From positions 1,376,001 through 1,440,000 of the forward strand of contig CAXXJJ010000004.1 in assembly GCA_963667015.2 (NCBI GenBank): a stretch of 64,000 nucleotides of DNA. Direction: 5' to 3'. Position numbers and translations under genes: made by a program. The stretch comes from Desulfatiglandales bacterium (GTDB taxonomy: Bacteria; Desulfobacterota; DSM-4660; Desulfatiglandales; HGW-15). The notes beneath the pieces were generated by a model. That model was not told the origin of the DNA. It worked only from the letters and a program-made list of their open reading frames with translations, and searched no databases. Below, one piece after another: positions 47,432-57,733 of the stretch; positions within the stretch are counted from its first letter, which is position 1; each line of letters begins with the position of its first letter.

Positions 47432-49899
47432 TGGGGCTAAAAAATATGAAATCCAAGGAAAAAGACATTACCGAACTATTAGCCATAAATCGTAGAAATT
47501 TCGTAAAACTGGCAGTTGGTGTTGCAGCGGGGACAGGACTTTCACCTCTTCCCTGGAAATTGATGGATGATTCTGCGATATTCTCCCAGAATTTTCCATG
47601 GTTAACTGTTCCGGAAGAAGGAGAAGTTACAAAAGTAAAATCTCACTGTTCGTTATGTCCGGGCGGCTGTGGTATTGAAGTAAGAAAAGTCGGGAATAGA
47701 GCAGTCAAGATAGAAGGCCGGACCGATCATCCAATAAATCCGGGCGGCATATGTCCTTTGGGTATGGGAGGCCTGCAGCTTCTTTATAATGAAAATAATC
47801 GATTTACCGGACCGATGAAAAGAAAGGGGGCAAGAGGCGCAGGAGTATTTGAGCCCATAACATGGGATGAAGCGCTCCAAATGCTTGCTCAGAGAATACT
47901 CAAACTGAGAACCAAAGGTAAGTCAAACTCTATTGTTGCAGTTGATGGCAACCGAACCGGATCAACAATCTCTGAAATGATTTCAAGGTTTATGAAGACT
48001 GTCGGAAGCAATAATTATATGAAGATGCCCAGCGCAGAGGATACCAACTCTATTGTTTCCAGGCTTATGTATGGTTCAGACAATCCTTTAACCTATGACC
48101 TTGAAAACTCGGACTTTATACTCAGTTTCGGCTGCGGTCTTCTTGAAGGTTGGGGAGCTCCGGGACGTGTCCTCAATGCATGGGGCGTATGGAAATCAGC
48201 TGAAAATAAAGGAAAAACGATCATAATGCAGGTTGAGTCAAGGGCTTCAAATACTGCCTCAAAAGCAGACAAATGGATACCTGCAAAACCAGGCACTGAA
48301 ACCGCCCTTGCCCTTGGAATAGCCCATGTAATTATCAAAGAAAATCTTTACAATAAAGAGTTTGTGGATAACAGGACTTTTGGATTTGAGTCACATGGAG
48401 AATATAAAGGTTTCAGGGATTACATTCTGAAAACCTGTACACCGGAGAAGATATCGGTTATTACCGGCATAGCACCTGAAGAAATTACTTCAATAGCAAG
48501 GGCCTTTGCCAGTGCAAAATCCCCTGTAGCTATATGTGGTAAGGGAAAGGGCCTCTTAAACGGCGATATTTATGAGTTCATGGCCGTCCATACACTCAAT
48601 GCCTTGACAGGAAGCATCAATAAACCGGGCGGTGTGTTTATTAACAATCCTCTCCCGCTCAATCCTCTACCGGAGGCAGAAATTGATGACCTTGCGGCTG
48701 AATCATTAAATGAGCCATGCTTGAGTAAAAAAGGTTTTAATCTTAACAGATACTGCAGCCAGTTAAACATTCTCTCAGATACTGTTTTATCCGCAAAAGA
48801 TCAGGCTATAGATATTTTGCTCGTTTTCGCTTCAAATCCTGCTTATACCCTGCCGGACGGAGGAGACTTTTATCAGAGCCTGACAAAAGTGCCGTGGATT
48901 GTGAGTTTTTCACCATACCTGGATGAAACAGCATTAATGGCAGACCTTATTCTTCCTGATCATACATATCTGGAAAAAATAGATGATATTCCATGTCCAT
49001 CATCTCTTCAGTATAATTTCTATGGGCTGACACAACCCGTTATACCGCCTCTCTATGACACTAAAAACACCGGTGACGTACTGCTGCAACTGGCAGAAAT
49101 AATAGGCGGATCGGTTTATAAATCATTTCCATGGAAAAATTACGAAGAGGTATTAAAGGCAAGAGTACTTGGCCTTTATGAAAGCGGTGAGGGGACAGTA
49201 AGCTACGCTTCTTCAACCACACCCTGGGAACTTTTAAAGAGCAATACAAAGACTGCTCCTGACTATACAAGTTTCGATACCATGTGGGAAAACCTCAAAA
49301 ATGGCGGAATGTGGTACAATCCAATATCTAACATGAAAGCGGATAAAGACCTTTTTAATACCGAGAGCGGGAAATTTGAATTTTTCAGTAACAGGTTAAA
49401 ATCAGCATTTGAGGAATCGGAAAGGCCGGAATTTTCAGTTTCTGAAGAAATACTTTTCATGCCCCATTTTGAGTCCGAGGAAAAGGATGAAGAAATGTAT
49501 TCACTTAAGATGGTGCCATATGAGTTGATAAACCTTTCAAGCGGATGGCTTCCTGATCCTCCATATCTTTACAAAACTCTTTTTGATCATCAGCTTCTCA
49601 AGGATGACTCTTTTATAGAGATAAATCCGGAGACTGCACATAAATACGAATTAACAGAGGGTGATAAAGTAACAGTTACCTCAGAAAAGGGAAGTGTCGA
49701 AGCGAAGGTGCATCTGTTTGAAGGTGCAATGCCTGATGTTATTTACATGCCAATGGGATTCGGTCACACGGCATTTGATGATTTCATAAAGGGCAAGGGT
49801 TGCAACCCGAACAGCCTTATGGGCGTAAGTAAAGATGCGTTGAGCGGCCAGGCGGCATGGTGGAATACTCCGGTAAGAATTAAAAAAGTATATATATAG
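47431..49899 (+). CDS. qrcB: Molybdopterin-oxidoreductase-family subunit of the menaquinone reductase complex (start may be the ATG at 47446)
   Basis: Tat motif NRRNFVK, SPLPWKLMDDSAIFSQN, C-x2-C-x3-C-x27-C, ADLILPDHTYLE, C-terminal GFGH...G.NP. Confidence 0.88.
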   Translation: MGLKNMKSKEKDITELLAINRRNFVKLAVGVAAGTGLSPLPWKLMDDSAIFSQNFPWLTVPEEGEVTKVKSHCSLCPGGCGIEVRKVGNRAVKIEGRTDHPINPGGICPLGMGGLQLLYNENNRFTGPMKRKGARGAGVFEPITWDEALQMLAQRILKLRTKGKSNSIVAVDGNRTGSTISEMISRFMKTVGSNNYMKMPSAEDTNSIVSRLMYGSDNPLTYDLENSDFILSFGCGLLEGWGAPGRVLNAWGVWKSAENKGKTIIMQVESRASNTASKADKWIPAKPGTETALALGIAHVIIKENLYNKEFVDNRTFGFESHGEYKGFRDYILKTCTPEKISVITGIAPEEITSIARAFASAKSPVAICGKGKGLLNGDIYEFMAVHTLNALTGSINKPGGVFINNPLPLNPLPEAEIDDLAAESLNEPCLSKKGFNLNRYCSQLNILSDTVLSAKDQAIDILLVFASNPAYTLPDGGDFYQSLTKVPWIVSFSPYLDETALMADLILPDHTYLEKIDDIPCPSSLQYNFYGLTQPVIPPLYDTKNTGDVLLQLAEIIGGSVYKSFPWKNYEEVLKARVLGLYESGEGTVSYASSTTPWELLKSNTKTAPDYTSFDTMWENLKNGGMWYNPISNMKADKDLFNTESGKFEFFSNRLKSAFEESERPEFSVSEEILFMPHFESEEKDEEMYSLKMVPYELINLSSGWLPDPPYLYKTLFDHQLLKDDSFIEINPETAHKYELTEGDKVTVTSEKGSVEAKVHLFEGAMPDVIYMPMGFGHTAFDDFIKGKGCNPNSLMGVSKDALSGQAAWWNTPVRIKKVYI

Positions 49900-49908
49900 A
49901 GGCAGAAC

Positions 49909-50721
49909 ATGGAAAAAACAGAAACCCATGGCAATAAATATGGAATGGTAATTGATCTGGATAAATGTACCGGATGCGGTACATGCATGGTTGCCTGTGC
50001 TTCAGAAAATAATGTAACCGTTCGCAGAAATGAATCAGATAAGGAACGCAGTATTACCTGGATGAGTCTTTATAAAATTGACAACGGTAAGCCTTTCCCT
50101 GATACAGAAGTAAGTTATTTCCCCCGCCCTTGCATGCACTGTGATGAAGACGGCCACGGCGGACATCATTCACCCTGTGTATCTGTATGTCCCGCAACAG
50201 CAACAAAACTTGATCACAATACGGGTATTGTTTCCCAGATTTACACAAGATGTGTTGGCTGCAGATACTGTCAGGCAGCGTGTCCTTATCATGCAAGATA
50301 CTTCAACTGGTGGGACGGTTATTCTTTTATTCAACCCTTTGCTAAGGGAATGGAGAGATCTCTTTCGCCTGAAGTATCCCCCAGAATGAGGGGTGTCGTA
50401 GAAAAATGTTCTTTCTGCCACCACCGCCTGATGAGGGCAAAGACTAGGGCATACGCTGAGAAGAGAAGAGAACTCAAAGAAGAAGAATATACTACTGCCT
50501 GTACCGAGGCCTGCCCGGCACAGGCAATCACATTCGGGGATTTAAATAACCCCGAACATATGGTTTCAAAACTGGCAAAAAGTGACAGGGCGTTCAGGCT
50601 TCTTGAAAGATTGAACTCAAAACCAAAGGTTTATTACCTATCCTCAAAAGCCTGGGTAAGAAAATTTGGTGATAATTATGGTCCTGACGAGTTCAAGCCT
50701 GTAACCAAGAAAGATATTTAA
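49909..50721 (+). CDS. qrcC: Menaquinone reductase iron-sulfur subunit (NrfC-like)
   Basis: DLDKCTGCGTCMVAC, PCMHC...PCVSVCP, CVGCRYCQAACPY, EKCSFC, CTEACP. Confidence 0.92.
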   Translation: MEKTETHGNKYGMVIDLDKCTGCGTCMVACASENNVTVRRNESDKERSITWMSLYKIDNGKPFPDTEVSYFPRPCMHCDEDGHGGHHSPCVSVCPATATKLDHNTGIVSQIYTRCVGCRYCQAACPYHARYFNWWDGYSFIQPFAKGMERSLSPEVSPRMRGVVEKCSFCHHRLMRAKTRAYAEKRRELKEEEYTTACTEACPAQAITFGDLNNPEHMVSKLAKSDRAFRLLERLNSKPKVYYLSSKAWVRKFGDNYGPDEFKPVTKKDI

Positions 50722-50737
50722 CGAGGAGGATTATAGA

Positions 50738-51973
50738 ATGGATTCCGCTTTTATACCAGAAGGAGCAAAAAGATGCTCTACATCATCCTTTTTCTTCTGG
50801 ACACTGCCATGGGTTCTGCTTCTTGCCTTTGGAGGATTTTGTGCAGTTCTATGCCTGATCCTCGGTCTGAATCAGACAAACATGAGTGATATCTTTGCAT
50901 TCGCACTTTGGATAGTATTCGACCTTGCCATAATAGCCCTTGGCGCTGGAGCCTTTTTTACCGGTTTTCTTACATATATTGTTAAAAAAGATGAACTGAA
51001 AGATATTATTAATACTGCTGTTATAATTGGCTTTATATGCTATTCCGGGGCAATGGGTTTGCTCGCAATAGATATCGGGCAGCCTCTAAGAAACTGGTTT
51101 TTCTTCTGGCATGCAAATATACATTCCATGCTGGTCGAGGTCTCATTCTGCATTACCTGCTATCTTAGTGTACTTGCAATAGAATATATCCCTCTTATAT
51201 TTGAAAATCGTCAGCTTGAGAAGGTAAAAGAGTTTCATTTCTTCGGACATCACCTTCATCACATAATGGCAATCTTCGCTGCCACGGGAACATTTCTTTC
51301 ATTTTTTCACCAGGGTTCACTGGGGGGCATGTTTGGAGTAATTTATGTGAGGCCCTTTGTAGAGCGCGGAGGTTTCTATATCTGGCCCTGGACATTTTTT
51401 CTTTTTATATTATCAGCAATCGCTGCAGGTCCATGTTTTACAATCCTGTGTACAAAGCTGACTGAAGCAATAACCAGAAAGAGGCTTGTCCCTGATAAGG
51501 CGATACAGACACTTGCAAAGATATCTGGCGGTCTCCTTGCGCTTTATATGGTGTTAAAGATAGCAGATACAGTTGGATGGGCTCTTGGCCTGCCGCAGGC
51601 CGGACAGAGTCTGGACACCTTTTTAAAAGAAGGTTTTTACGGCAAAATGATGCTTTTCTTTGAGATAGGAATTTTTGGAATAATTCCTATGATACTCCTG
51701 TTGATTCCAGCTACAAGAAAAAATAAATTGTGGCTGATAATCGCCTGCCTCATGAATTGTACGGGAATAGTCCTTAACAGATTTATTGTTATTATCGGAT
51801 CGGCAGCAATACCTGTAATGCCTTTTGATAAGTTATGGACATATATGCCGACATGGCAGGAATGGGGAATAGCACTGGCAATGATTGGATATGGATTTCT
51901 GCTCTTTTCACTTTCATACAGGTATTTGCCGGTTTTCCCGAAAGAGAAAGAACTTAATTCTTTTTCGGCTTAG
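50738..51973 (+). CDS. qrcD: Menaquinone reductase integral membrane subunit (NrfD/PsrC family)
   Basis: About 10 TM helices, DLAIIALGAGAF, DIGQPLR, SMLVEV, LSFFHQGSLGG, YMPTWQEW. Confidence 0.92.
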   Translation: MDSAFIPEGAKRCSTSSFFFWTLPWVLLLAFGGFCAVLCLILGLNQTNMSDIFAFALWIVFDLAIIALGAGAFFTGFLTYIVKKDELKDIINTAVIIGFICYSGAMGLLAIDIGQPLRNWFFFWHANIHSMLVEVSFCITCYLSVLAIEYIPLIFENRQLEKVKEFHFFGHHLHHIMAIFAATGTFLSFFHQGSLGGMFGVIYVRPFVERGGFYIWPWTFFLFILSAIAAGPCFTILCTKLTEAITRKRLVPDKAIQTLAKISGGLLALYMVLKIADTVGWALGLPQAGQSLDTFLKEGFYGKMMLFFEIGIFGIIPMILLLIPATRKNKLWLIIACLMNCTGIVLNRFIVIIGSAAIPVMPFDKLWTYMPTWQEWGIALAMIGYGFLLFSLSYRYLPVFPKEKELNSFSA

Positions 51974-52011
51974 TTTAATTTTTTCAGTAATGATTTTACA
52001 GGAGATACATA

Positions 52012-52209
52012 ATGACTCCCCTATCATTTGAATGGCAATGGAATGTTGAATATTTTATTTTCTTTGGCCTTCTTTATCTTGCTCTTACAATAGTAGGCTG
52101 CGGAACAATATATTCGATTATTAGAGCGTGGCTTGATTTGATGAAGGATGAAGGTGAAAATTCTTCATCCCAAAAAATTGATCAAAGGTTAAAGTATACA
52201 GATTATTAA
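52012..52209 (+). CDS. Small single-TM membrane protein, last gene of the qrc transcription unit
   Basis: AGGAG RBS; MTPLSFEWQWNVEYFIFFGLLYLALTIVGCG hydrophobic stretch; lies before the operon terminator. Confidence 0.7.
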   Translation: MTPLSFEWQWNVEYFIFFGLLYLALTIVGCGTIYSIIRAWLDLMKDEGENSSSQKIDQRLKYTDY

Positions 52210-52233
52210 TTTTAATAATCACCAGAATAAAAG

Positions 52234-52269
52234 CAAAGCCTGTTATCAGCTTTTCGATAACAGGCTTTG
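52234..52269. terminator. Bidirectional terminator between the qrc operon and nadB
   Basis: CAAAGCCTGTTATC-8 nt-GATAACAGGCTTTG, 14-bp stem. Confidence 0.85.
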
Positions 52270-52287
52270 TTATATTTTAGCAAAATT

Positions 52288-53901
52288 TTATCCCCAGATT
52301 ACCGTGTCACGTTTCCAGTTCACATCATCCCTGTCAGGACAGTCCAGATTATAATGCAGCCCCCTGCTCTCTTTCCTGAGTGTGGCACAGGTTATTATTA
52401 ATTCCCCCACAAGGGCTATGTTACGAAGTTCAAGCAGATCCCTTGTAACTGTAAAATTCCAGTAATACTCCTTTATCTCTGACTGAATATTCTCAATTCT
52501 TGCCCTTGCCCTGGCCAGTCTTCGATTAGTTCGAACTATCCCAACATAGTTCCACATCAGCCGTCTAATCTCATCCCAGTTATGGGTAACCATAACCATC
52601 TCTTCGCTGTCTATTGCTATACCCTTCTCCCAGTCAGGTGCATTTGCAAAAGGAATATCCCGGTTAATTTCCAGGTCATGCCTTGATCTTATTGCAGCCT
52701 TTCTGGCAAAAACAAGGGCTTCAAGCAGTGAATTACTGGCAAGCCGGTTTGCGCCATGAAGACCTGTGCATGCCACCTCCCCTATCGCATAAAGGTTATT
52801 TATATTGGTCAGACCATTTTCATCTGTAACTAATCCACCGCACATATAATGAGCAGCAGGCACAACAGGAATTGGTTCTTTTGTAATATCGATTTGATAT
52901 TTCTGGCAGTTTTCATAGATATTAGGAAAACGCTCTCTGACAAAATCCTGCGGTTTGTGACTTATATCCAGGTACACGCATTCGTCACCGCTTTTTTTCA
53001 GTTCCATATCAATAGATCTTGCAACGATATCCCTGAATGCAAGATCTTTTAAGGGGTGGTACTTTTCCATAAAGCGCTCACCTTTACCATTCAGAAGAAC
53101 GCCTCCTTCGCCTCTTACAGCCTCTGATATTAAAAAGTTTTTTGCAAGAGGATGATACAGGCATGTAGGATGAAACTGCACAAACTCCATGTTAGCGGCC
53201 TTTACACCGGCACGATACCCCATAGCAATACCGTCGCCGGAAGCAATATCAGGATTACTCGTGTAAAGGTATATCTTACCGACACCACCGGCTGCCAGGA
53301 CAGTAACCTTGGCCTGAAAAGTAATCACTTCCTCATTTTTTACATCAAGGACATATGCTCCCCAGCATGATTCCTTTGATTCCGATTTTACAATTCCTCT
53401 TCTTATAAGCTTTGATATTGTTATCAAATCAATCGCCATAAAATCTTCATAGATTGTTATATTTTCGTTTTCTTCGGCCCTTTCAAGCAGACCTCTTTCA
53501 ACCTCATTCCCTGTCTTATCCTTTGTGTGTACAATTCTCCGCTTGGAATGCCCGCCTTCCATACCAAGTTCCAGCTCATTTGAGCCATTATTTTGACGGG
53601 AAAAGTTAACGCCCATGGAAATCAATTCGTTAATCATTTCCGGGCCGTTTTTAACTACCATCTCAACAATCTGTTTATTACACAGGCCGTCTCCGGATTT
53701 GAGGGTATCTTCCACATGTAAATCAAAAGTATCATCAAGATTAAACACGGATGCTATGCCACCCTGGGCATAGTTGGTTGATGTCTCCATTTTTTCTTTT
53801 TTCGTAACGATTGCTACCTTCCCTGATTTAGCTGCTTCCAGGGCAAAACTTAAACCGGCAATGCCTGTACCAATAACAAGATAATCGGTTTTAATTTCCA
53901 T
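52288..53901 (-). CDS. nadB: L-aspartate oxidase
   Basis: GTGIAGL, STNYAQGGIA, EGGHSKRRIVH, QFHPT, SEAVRGEG, AHYMCGG, LHGANRLASNSLLE, ESRGLH. Confidence 0.97.
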   Translation of the reverse strand: MEIKTDYLVIGTGIAGLSFALEAAKSGKVAIVTKKEKMETSTNYAQGGIASVFNLDDTFDLHVEDTLKSGDGLCNKQIVEMVVKNGPEMINELISMGVNFSRQNNGSNELELGMEGGHSKRRIVHTKDKTGNEVERGLLERAEENENITIYEDFMAIDLITISKLIRRGIVKSESKESCWGAYVLDVKNEEVITFQAKVTVLAAGGVGKIYLYTSNPDIASGDGIAMGYRAGVKAANMEFVQFHPTCLYHPLAKNFLISEAVRGEGGVLLNGKGERFMEKYHPLKDLAFRDIVARSIDMELKKSGDECVYLDISHKPQDFVRERFPNIYENCQKYQIDITKEPIPVVPAAHYMCGGLVTDENGLTNINNLYAIGEVACTGLHGANRLASNSLLEALVFARKAAIRSRHDLEINRDIPFANAPDWEKGIAIDSEEMVMVTHNWDEIRRLMWNYVGIVRTNRRLARARARIENIQSEIKEYYWNFTVTRDLLELRNIALVGELIITCATLRKESRGLHYNLDCPDRDDVNWKRDTVIWG

Positions 53902-54138
53902 TTACACTCCTGATATATTGTACTTTCTGACTTATGGATTCATGGGCCAAGATTATTACACTATTCTTTTATAAATGTATATTTTTTAATAAAACAGACG
54001 AGTCATATATTAGGGAAGTGTAAACTTAAAGTTTAGTATCTGGCGAATCTGATAAGCATATTACAATCTTACTGTGGGGATCTTTTTCAACTTTTCAATT
54101 TTTTCTATCGACATTTTTCCGGATGGCGATTGTTTCTT

Positions 54139-54957
54139 TTACTGAATAGTATCCAGCATTCTCTTGGCTTCTTTTGCATACTTACTTCTGGGATCATTTA
54201 GTATAACCTGATTTAACTGTTTTACTGCCTTCTGTTTCTGCCCTGTCTTTAAATATAATCTGCTTAAGCCTAAATGAACATTCCATGATTGAGGAACAAT
54301 CGAAAGGGCCTTTTCATAGGTTAAAAAGGCCTTTTCCTGATCATCCATTGATTCATAAAGAGCAGCAAGGTCAAGATAGGCAGGAATATAATCTTGTGAA
54401 AGCTTTATGGCCATTTCATAGTTTTCAATTGCTCTTGGATAATCACCTTTATGGAAATACACTGATCCAATATTATGATATGCAAAATGAGGCGTTCTGT
54501 ATAATATATCTCCAACTGCCTTTTTAAAACAATTTAGGGCCATGTCCCATTCCTTTTGCTGGGAGTAAAGAATGCCCATATCATTAAAGACTTCCGGATA
54601 TTCAGTTTTACGCCTTATGGCTTTTTTAAAATGTTTAAGGGATAGATCAAACTCTCCTATTTTCTGATAGGCAAGTCCGAGTTGGTGCTGAAGTTCGGGA
54701 CTGGAAGAATTTATCTTCTCTGCCTCAAGAAGGTGAATTAGCCCTTCTCTTGTATTACCATCAAGAACCAGAGAACTGCCCAATTTTTCCTCTGCAAGCG
54801 CTCTTTCCTTCTTTGAGGAGATAGTGGCACAACACATAAGAAGGGAGGTAAGAATGATTAAAGATGAAAACTTAAAGGCCTTGTTTGACACAGAAATATT
54901 GCTCCTGAAATAAAATTTGGTTCCGTTTGAAATAAATAAACCGGATCTTTTTTTCAA
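54139..54957 (-). CDS. TPR lipoprotein, PilF/PilW/Tgl-like secretin pilotin (start uncertain)
   Basis: Lipobox-like LLMCCA, several TPRs, LYRTPHFAYHNIG; directly after pilQ. Confidence 0.78.
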   Translation of the reverse strand: MKKRSGLFISNGTKFYFRSNISVSNKAFKFSSLIILTSLLMCCATISSKKERALAEEKLGSSLVLDGNTREGLIHLLEAEKINSSSPELQHQLGLAYQKIGEFDLSLKHFKKAIRRKTEYPEVFNDMGILYSQQKEWDMALNCFKKAVGDILYRTPHFAYHNIGSVYFHKGDYPRAIENYEMAIKLSQDYIPAYLDLAALYESMDDQEKAFLTYEKALSIVPQSWNVHLGLSRLYLKTGQKQKAVKQLNQVILNDPRSKYAKEAKRMLDTIQ

Positions 54958-54984
54958 GATCCGGCTTAATTGATAATCTCAAAA

Positions 54985-57108
54985 CTAAAAATTCTTAACC
55001 GGAGCAGGGATTACATTTGGAGTCAGGAATATCAGCAACTCGGTTTTACTTGTCTGTTTTCTCTTTGCCTTAAATAACCATCCAATACCCGGAATATCCT
55101 TTAGCACAGGAACGCCTTCAACGTTATCACTTTCCTTCTCCTTTATAATCCCGCCTATTACAATAGTTTCTCCACTCTGTACCATAAGGGTTGTGGAAAT
55201 TGTTTTTGTAGTCTTTCTGTTATCAGCAACCCTCTGGTCATCCGATACATCAACATTAAGCGTGATAAAATCGTTGTAACTGACAGAAGTAGGTGTAACA
55301 CTCAATGACAGTTCTGCGGGAAAGTCTTCTGCCTGGACATTTTCTGTGGCGGCTATTTTTATTATTTCACCGGAGCTTATTTTCGCTTCAGACCCTTCCT
55401 GAGCTATGACCTTTGGAGCAGATATTGTTTTTGCTTTTCCATTACTCTCAGCCAGGGCCAGCGTTGCATCCAGGGCAAAAAAGCCCAACCCGCTGGATGA
55501 TATCTTTGCAAAACTTACACCTATATTACCCCAATTTGCAGCCGGTGAATTTGTTGAGAAACTGCCGCCATATGACCTGCCGCTTCCCAGACTTGAGCGT
55601 TCTGCAATGGTCCCGTCATATTCATAATTCACAATGGGTCCGAAAAGAGGATCGTCTGCCTCTTCTCTTGTAACTTCTGTTCCGCCATTCCATTTAAGGC
55701 CAAGATCCTTGGTAAAGTCATCTGCGACTTCAACAATTCTCGCTTCTATCATAATCTGTTTTACAGGCGTATCAAATTGCTTTACAATTTTTTTCGCTTC
55801 TTCAATACTTTCCGCTGTATCAGTGATAATGATCATATTTGTTCTTGGATCAGTGCTTATCTTGCCGCGTTTGGAAAGTATGATATGATCCTTAATTTCA
55901 TCGGCCTTGGCAAAATCAACTGTTATATAATCAGTTACGATCGGAGCATCATCTACTTCTCTTTTCGCCTGTTCTAAAATTCTCTCTCGCTCCTGATCCA
56001 ACTTCAGCTGAATTTTTCTTGCCTCAGCCTCTTCCTCAGCCAGCATCTGGGCCATTTTCTGTTTTGTTGTAATCAGGATAGTATTCTCGCCTACCTGACG
56101 CTTGGCAAGGTCAGCAAGCATCATGACAAGCTCTAAAGCATAATCCCACGGCTCATCTTTTAATATTATAGAGATTTTTTTCCCTTTGATCTCAGCAGGA
56201 TCCCAGACTAGGTTTTCCCCGCTGACACTATTTATGAGTGTCAGAATATCTGTAACATCTGCAGCCTTTGACATTTCCAGATACATCGGTTCACCTTTAT
56301 ACTTATTACTTACTGAAGGCGAAAATGCCTGAATTTCAGCCTGAGATGCAGCCGGTGCTGCAGTTGACTTTGTCATGGTCTTTTTATTTGTAACTGCGGC
56401 AAGATTCCTTGTCTCAGCCTCTACCAGATTTAGGGGTACTATATTTTTCTCTGCAACCCTTTTCTTAATCCTGTCAAAATCGATAATCAGGCTGTCATCA
56501 GACTGTTTGATTGTATAGGGGACAACCTCACGCAACACTATACCAAGGGTAACTTTATTATTATCCTTATCAAATTCAGGGTTAATTTTTTCCAATGCTG
56601 TTTGAAACTCAGTAGTATCGATATGCCTGAGAAGTACATCAAGGCCTATTTGACTGTTATAAATATTCAAGGCAAGTGTATTGGCACCTACACTATCGAG
56701 ATCGTAGTCAACTTTCTTATTGGTGGTAACTGTCAATCTTGATTTGCTCTGCGGCATCATCGAAAAATCAATACCCAGTATCTGCCCCAGTTTGGAAGCA
56801 GAGGGTTTGATAAAGATACGAGGCTCTGATTCTGTGTATTCTGTTTCTTTAACATCTTCTTTAAAAGGCACTGATTCGGTTTCATTATCTGCCATTTGGG
56901 CAGTAACCGTCTCCTCAGGGACTGTATCGTTACGGGAATAGTCAGTGTCAACTTGGTTGATATTTGATTGCGAATCAGCATTATCAGCCGGATTGGTCCC
57001 AACAGATGACCCTGTCGCACATCCAAACATGAAGCAGGCAGCAACAAAAATATATATCAAAAAAGATTTAAATCTTCTTTTTTTATCGATACAGTACAAT
57101 TTACTCAT
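54985..57108 (-). CDS. pilQ: Type IV pilus secretin PilQ
   Basis: AGGAG RBS before ATG 57108; lipobox FMFGC; DPRTNMIIITD, QIMIEARIVE, GETIVIGGI, VPVLKDIPGIGWLF, ELLIFLTP. Confidence 0.93.
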   Translation of the reverse strand: MSKLYCIDKKRRFKSFLIYIFVAACFMFGCATGSSVGTNPADNADSQSNINQVDTDYSRNDTVPEETVTAQMADNETESVPFKEDVKETEYTESEPRIFIKPSASKLGQILGIDFSMMPQSKSRLTVTTNKKVDYDLDSVGANTLALNIYNSQIGLDVLLRHIDTTEFQTALEKINPEFDKDNNKVTLGIVLREVVPYTIKQSDDSLIIDFDRIKKRVAEKNIVPLNLVEAETRNLAAVTNKKTMTKSTAAPAASQAEIQAFSPSVSNKYKGEPMYLEMSKAADVTDILTLINSVSGENLVWDPAEIKGKKISIILKDEPWDYALELVMMLADLAKRQVGENTILITTKQKMAQMLAEEEAEARKIQLKLDQERERILEQAKREVDDAPIVTDYITVDFAKADEIKDHIILSKRGKISTDPRTNMIIITDTAESIEEAKKIVKQFDTPVKQIMIEARIVEVADDFTKDLGLKWNGGTEVTREEADDPLFGPIVNYEYDGTIAERSSLGSGRSYGGSFSTNSPAANWGNIGVSFAKISSSGLGFFALDATLALAESNGKAKTISAPKVIAQEGSEAKISSGEIIKIAATENVQAEDFPAELSLSVTPTSVSYNDFITLNVDVSDDQRVADNRKTTKTISTTLMVQSGETIVIGGIIKEKESDNVEGVPVLKDIPGIGWLFKAKRKQTSKTELLIFLTPNVIPAPVKNF

Positions 57109-57203
57109 GGAATATCTCCTTAATAATGAATACGGAAAATGAGTATAAGCGTTAAAATACAATTAATTACCAGAACCGCTCTTATTTCTTATTAATAATC
57201 TTA

Positions 57204-57731
57204 TCATCTATCAGTTTGTGTCCTCTTTGACACGTCTCTGAATTCTTTTTCACCCGAGGTAATATTTCTATACTCTTCTCTTATTATTATTTCACCGGGA
57301 TTGATCTCATATACATACCCTCTTTCTAAACCTATTCGAGTTCCTACCTTTATAATATATCCATCACCTTTGTTATCTTTTACCATAGCCCATCTATCCT
57401 TCTCACCAATGATAATTACTGATATGCTTATCTGGGAAAGTTCAAGGGTTTCAAGGTATGTCCTCGGCTCTTCTTCTTTATCTCTTTTTTCTGACTGCAT
57501 TACTATAAAGGACTTAAAAGGGTCAGTCTTTCCGACCGGGTTATATAAATACTTTCTTTCTTTTACTTCTGTATCTATCGATCCCTTAAGAGTCGGCGTT
57601 TCATCCTGGGGTTTCTTTTCAGTCTCTCCGGTTTTTGCATCCACAGTAGAAACAAAAAGTAACAGCAGGACAGACAAAAAAACAGTTAGATATGAAATAT
57701 TTTTACTGTTAATGTTTTTCAACTTCAGCAT
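57204..57731 (-). CDS. pilP: Type IV pilus assembly protein PilP
   Basis: YNPVGKTDPF, LETLELSQI, AMVKD..G.GYIIKVGTRIG; position in the operon. Confidence 0.9.
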   Translation of the reverse strand: MLKLKNINSKNISYLTVFLSVLLLLFVSTVDAKTGETEKKPQDETPTLKGSIDTEVKERKYLYNPVGKTDPFKSFIVMQSEKRDKEEEPRTYLETLELSQISISVIIIGEKDRWAMVKDNKGDGYIIKVGTRIGLERGYVYEINPGEIIIREEYRNITSGEKEFRDVSKRTQTDR

Positions 57732-57733
57732 TT

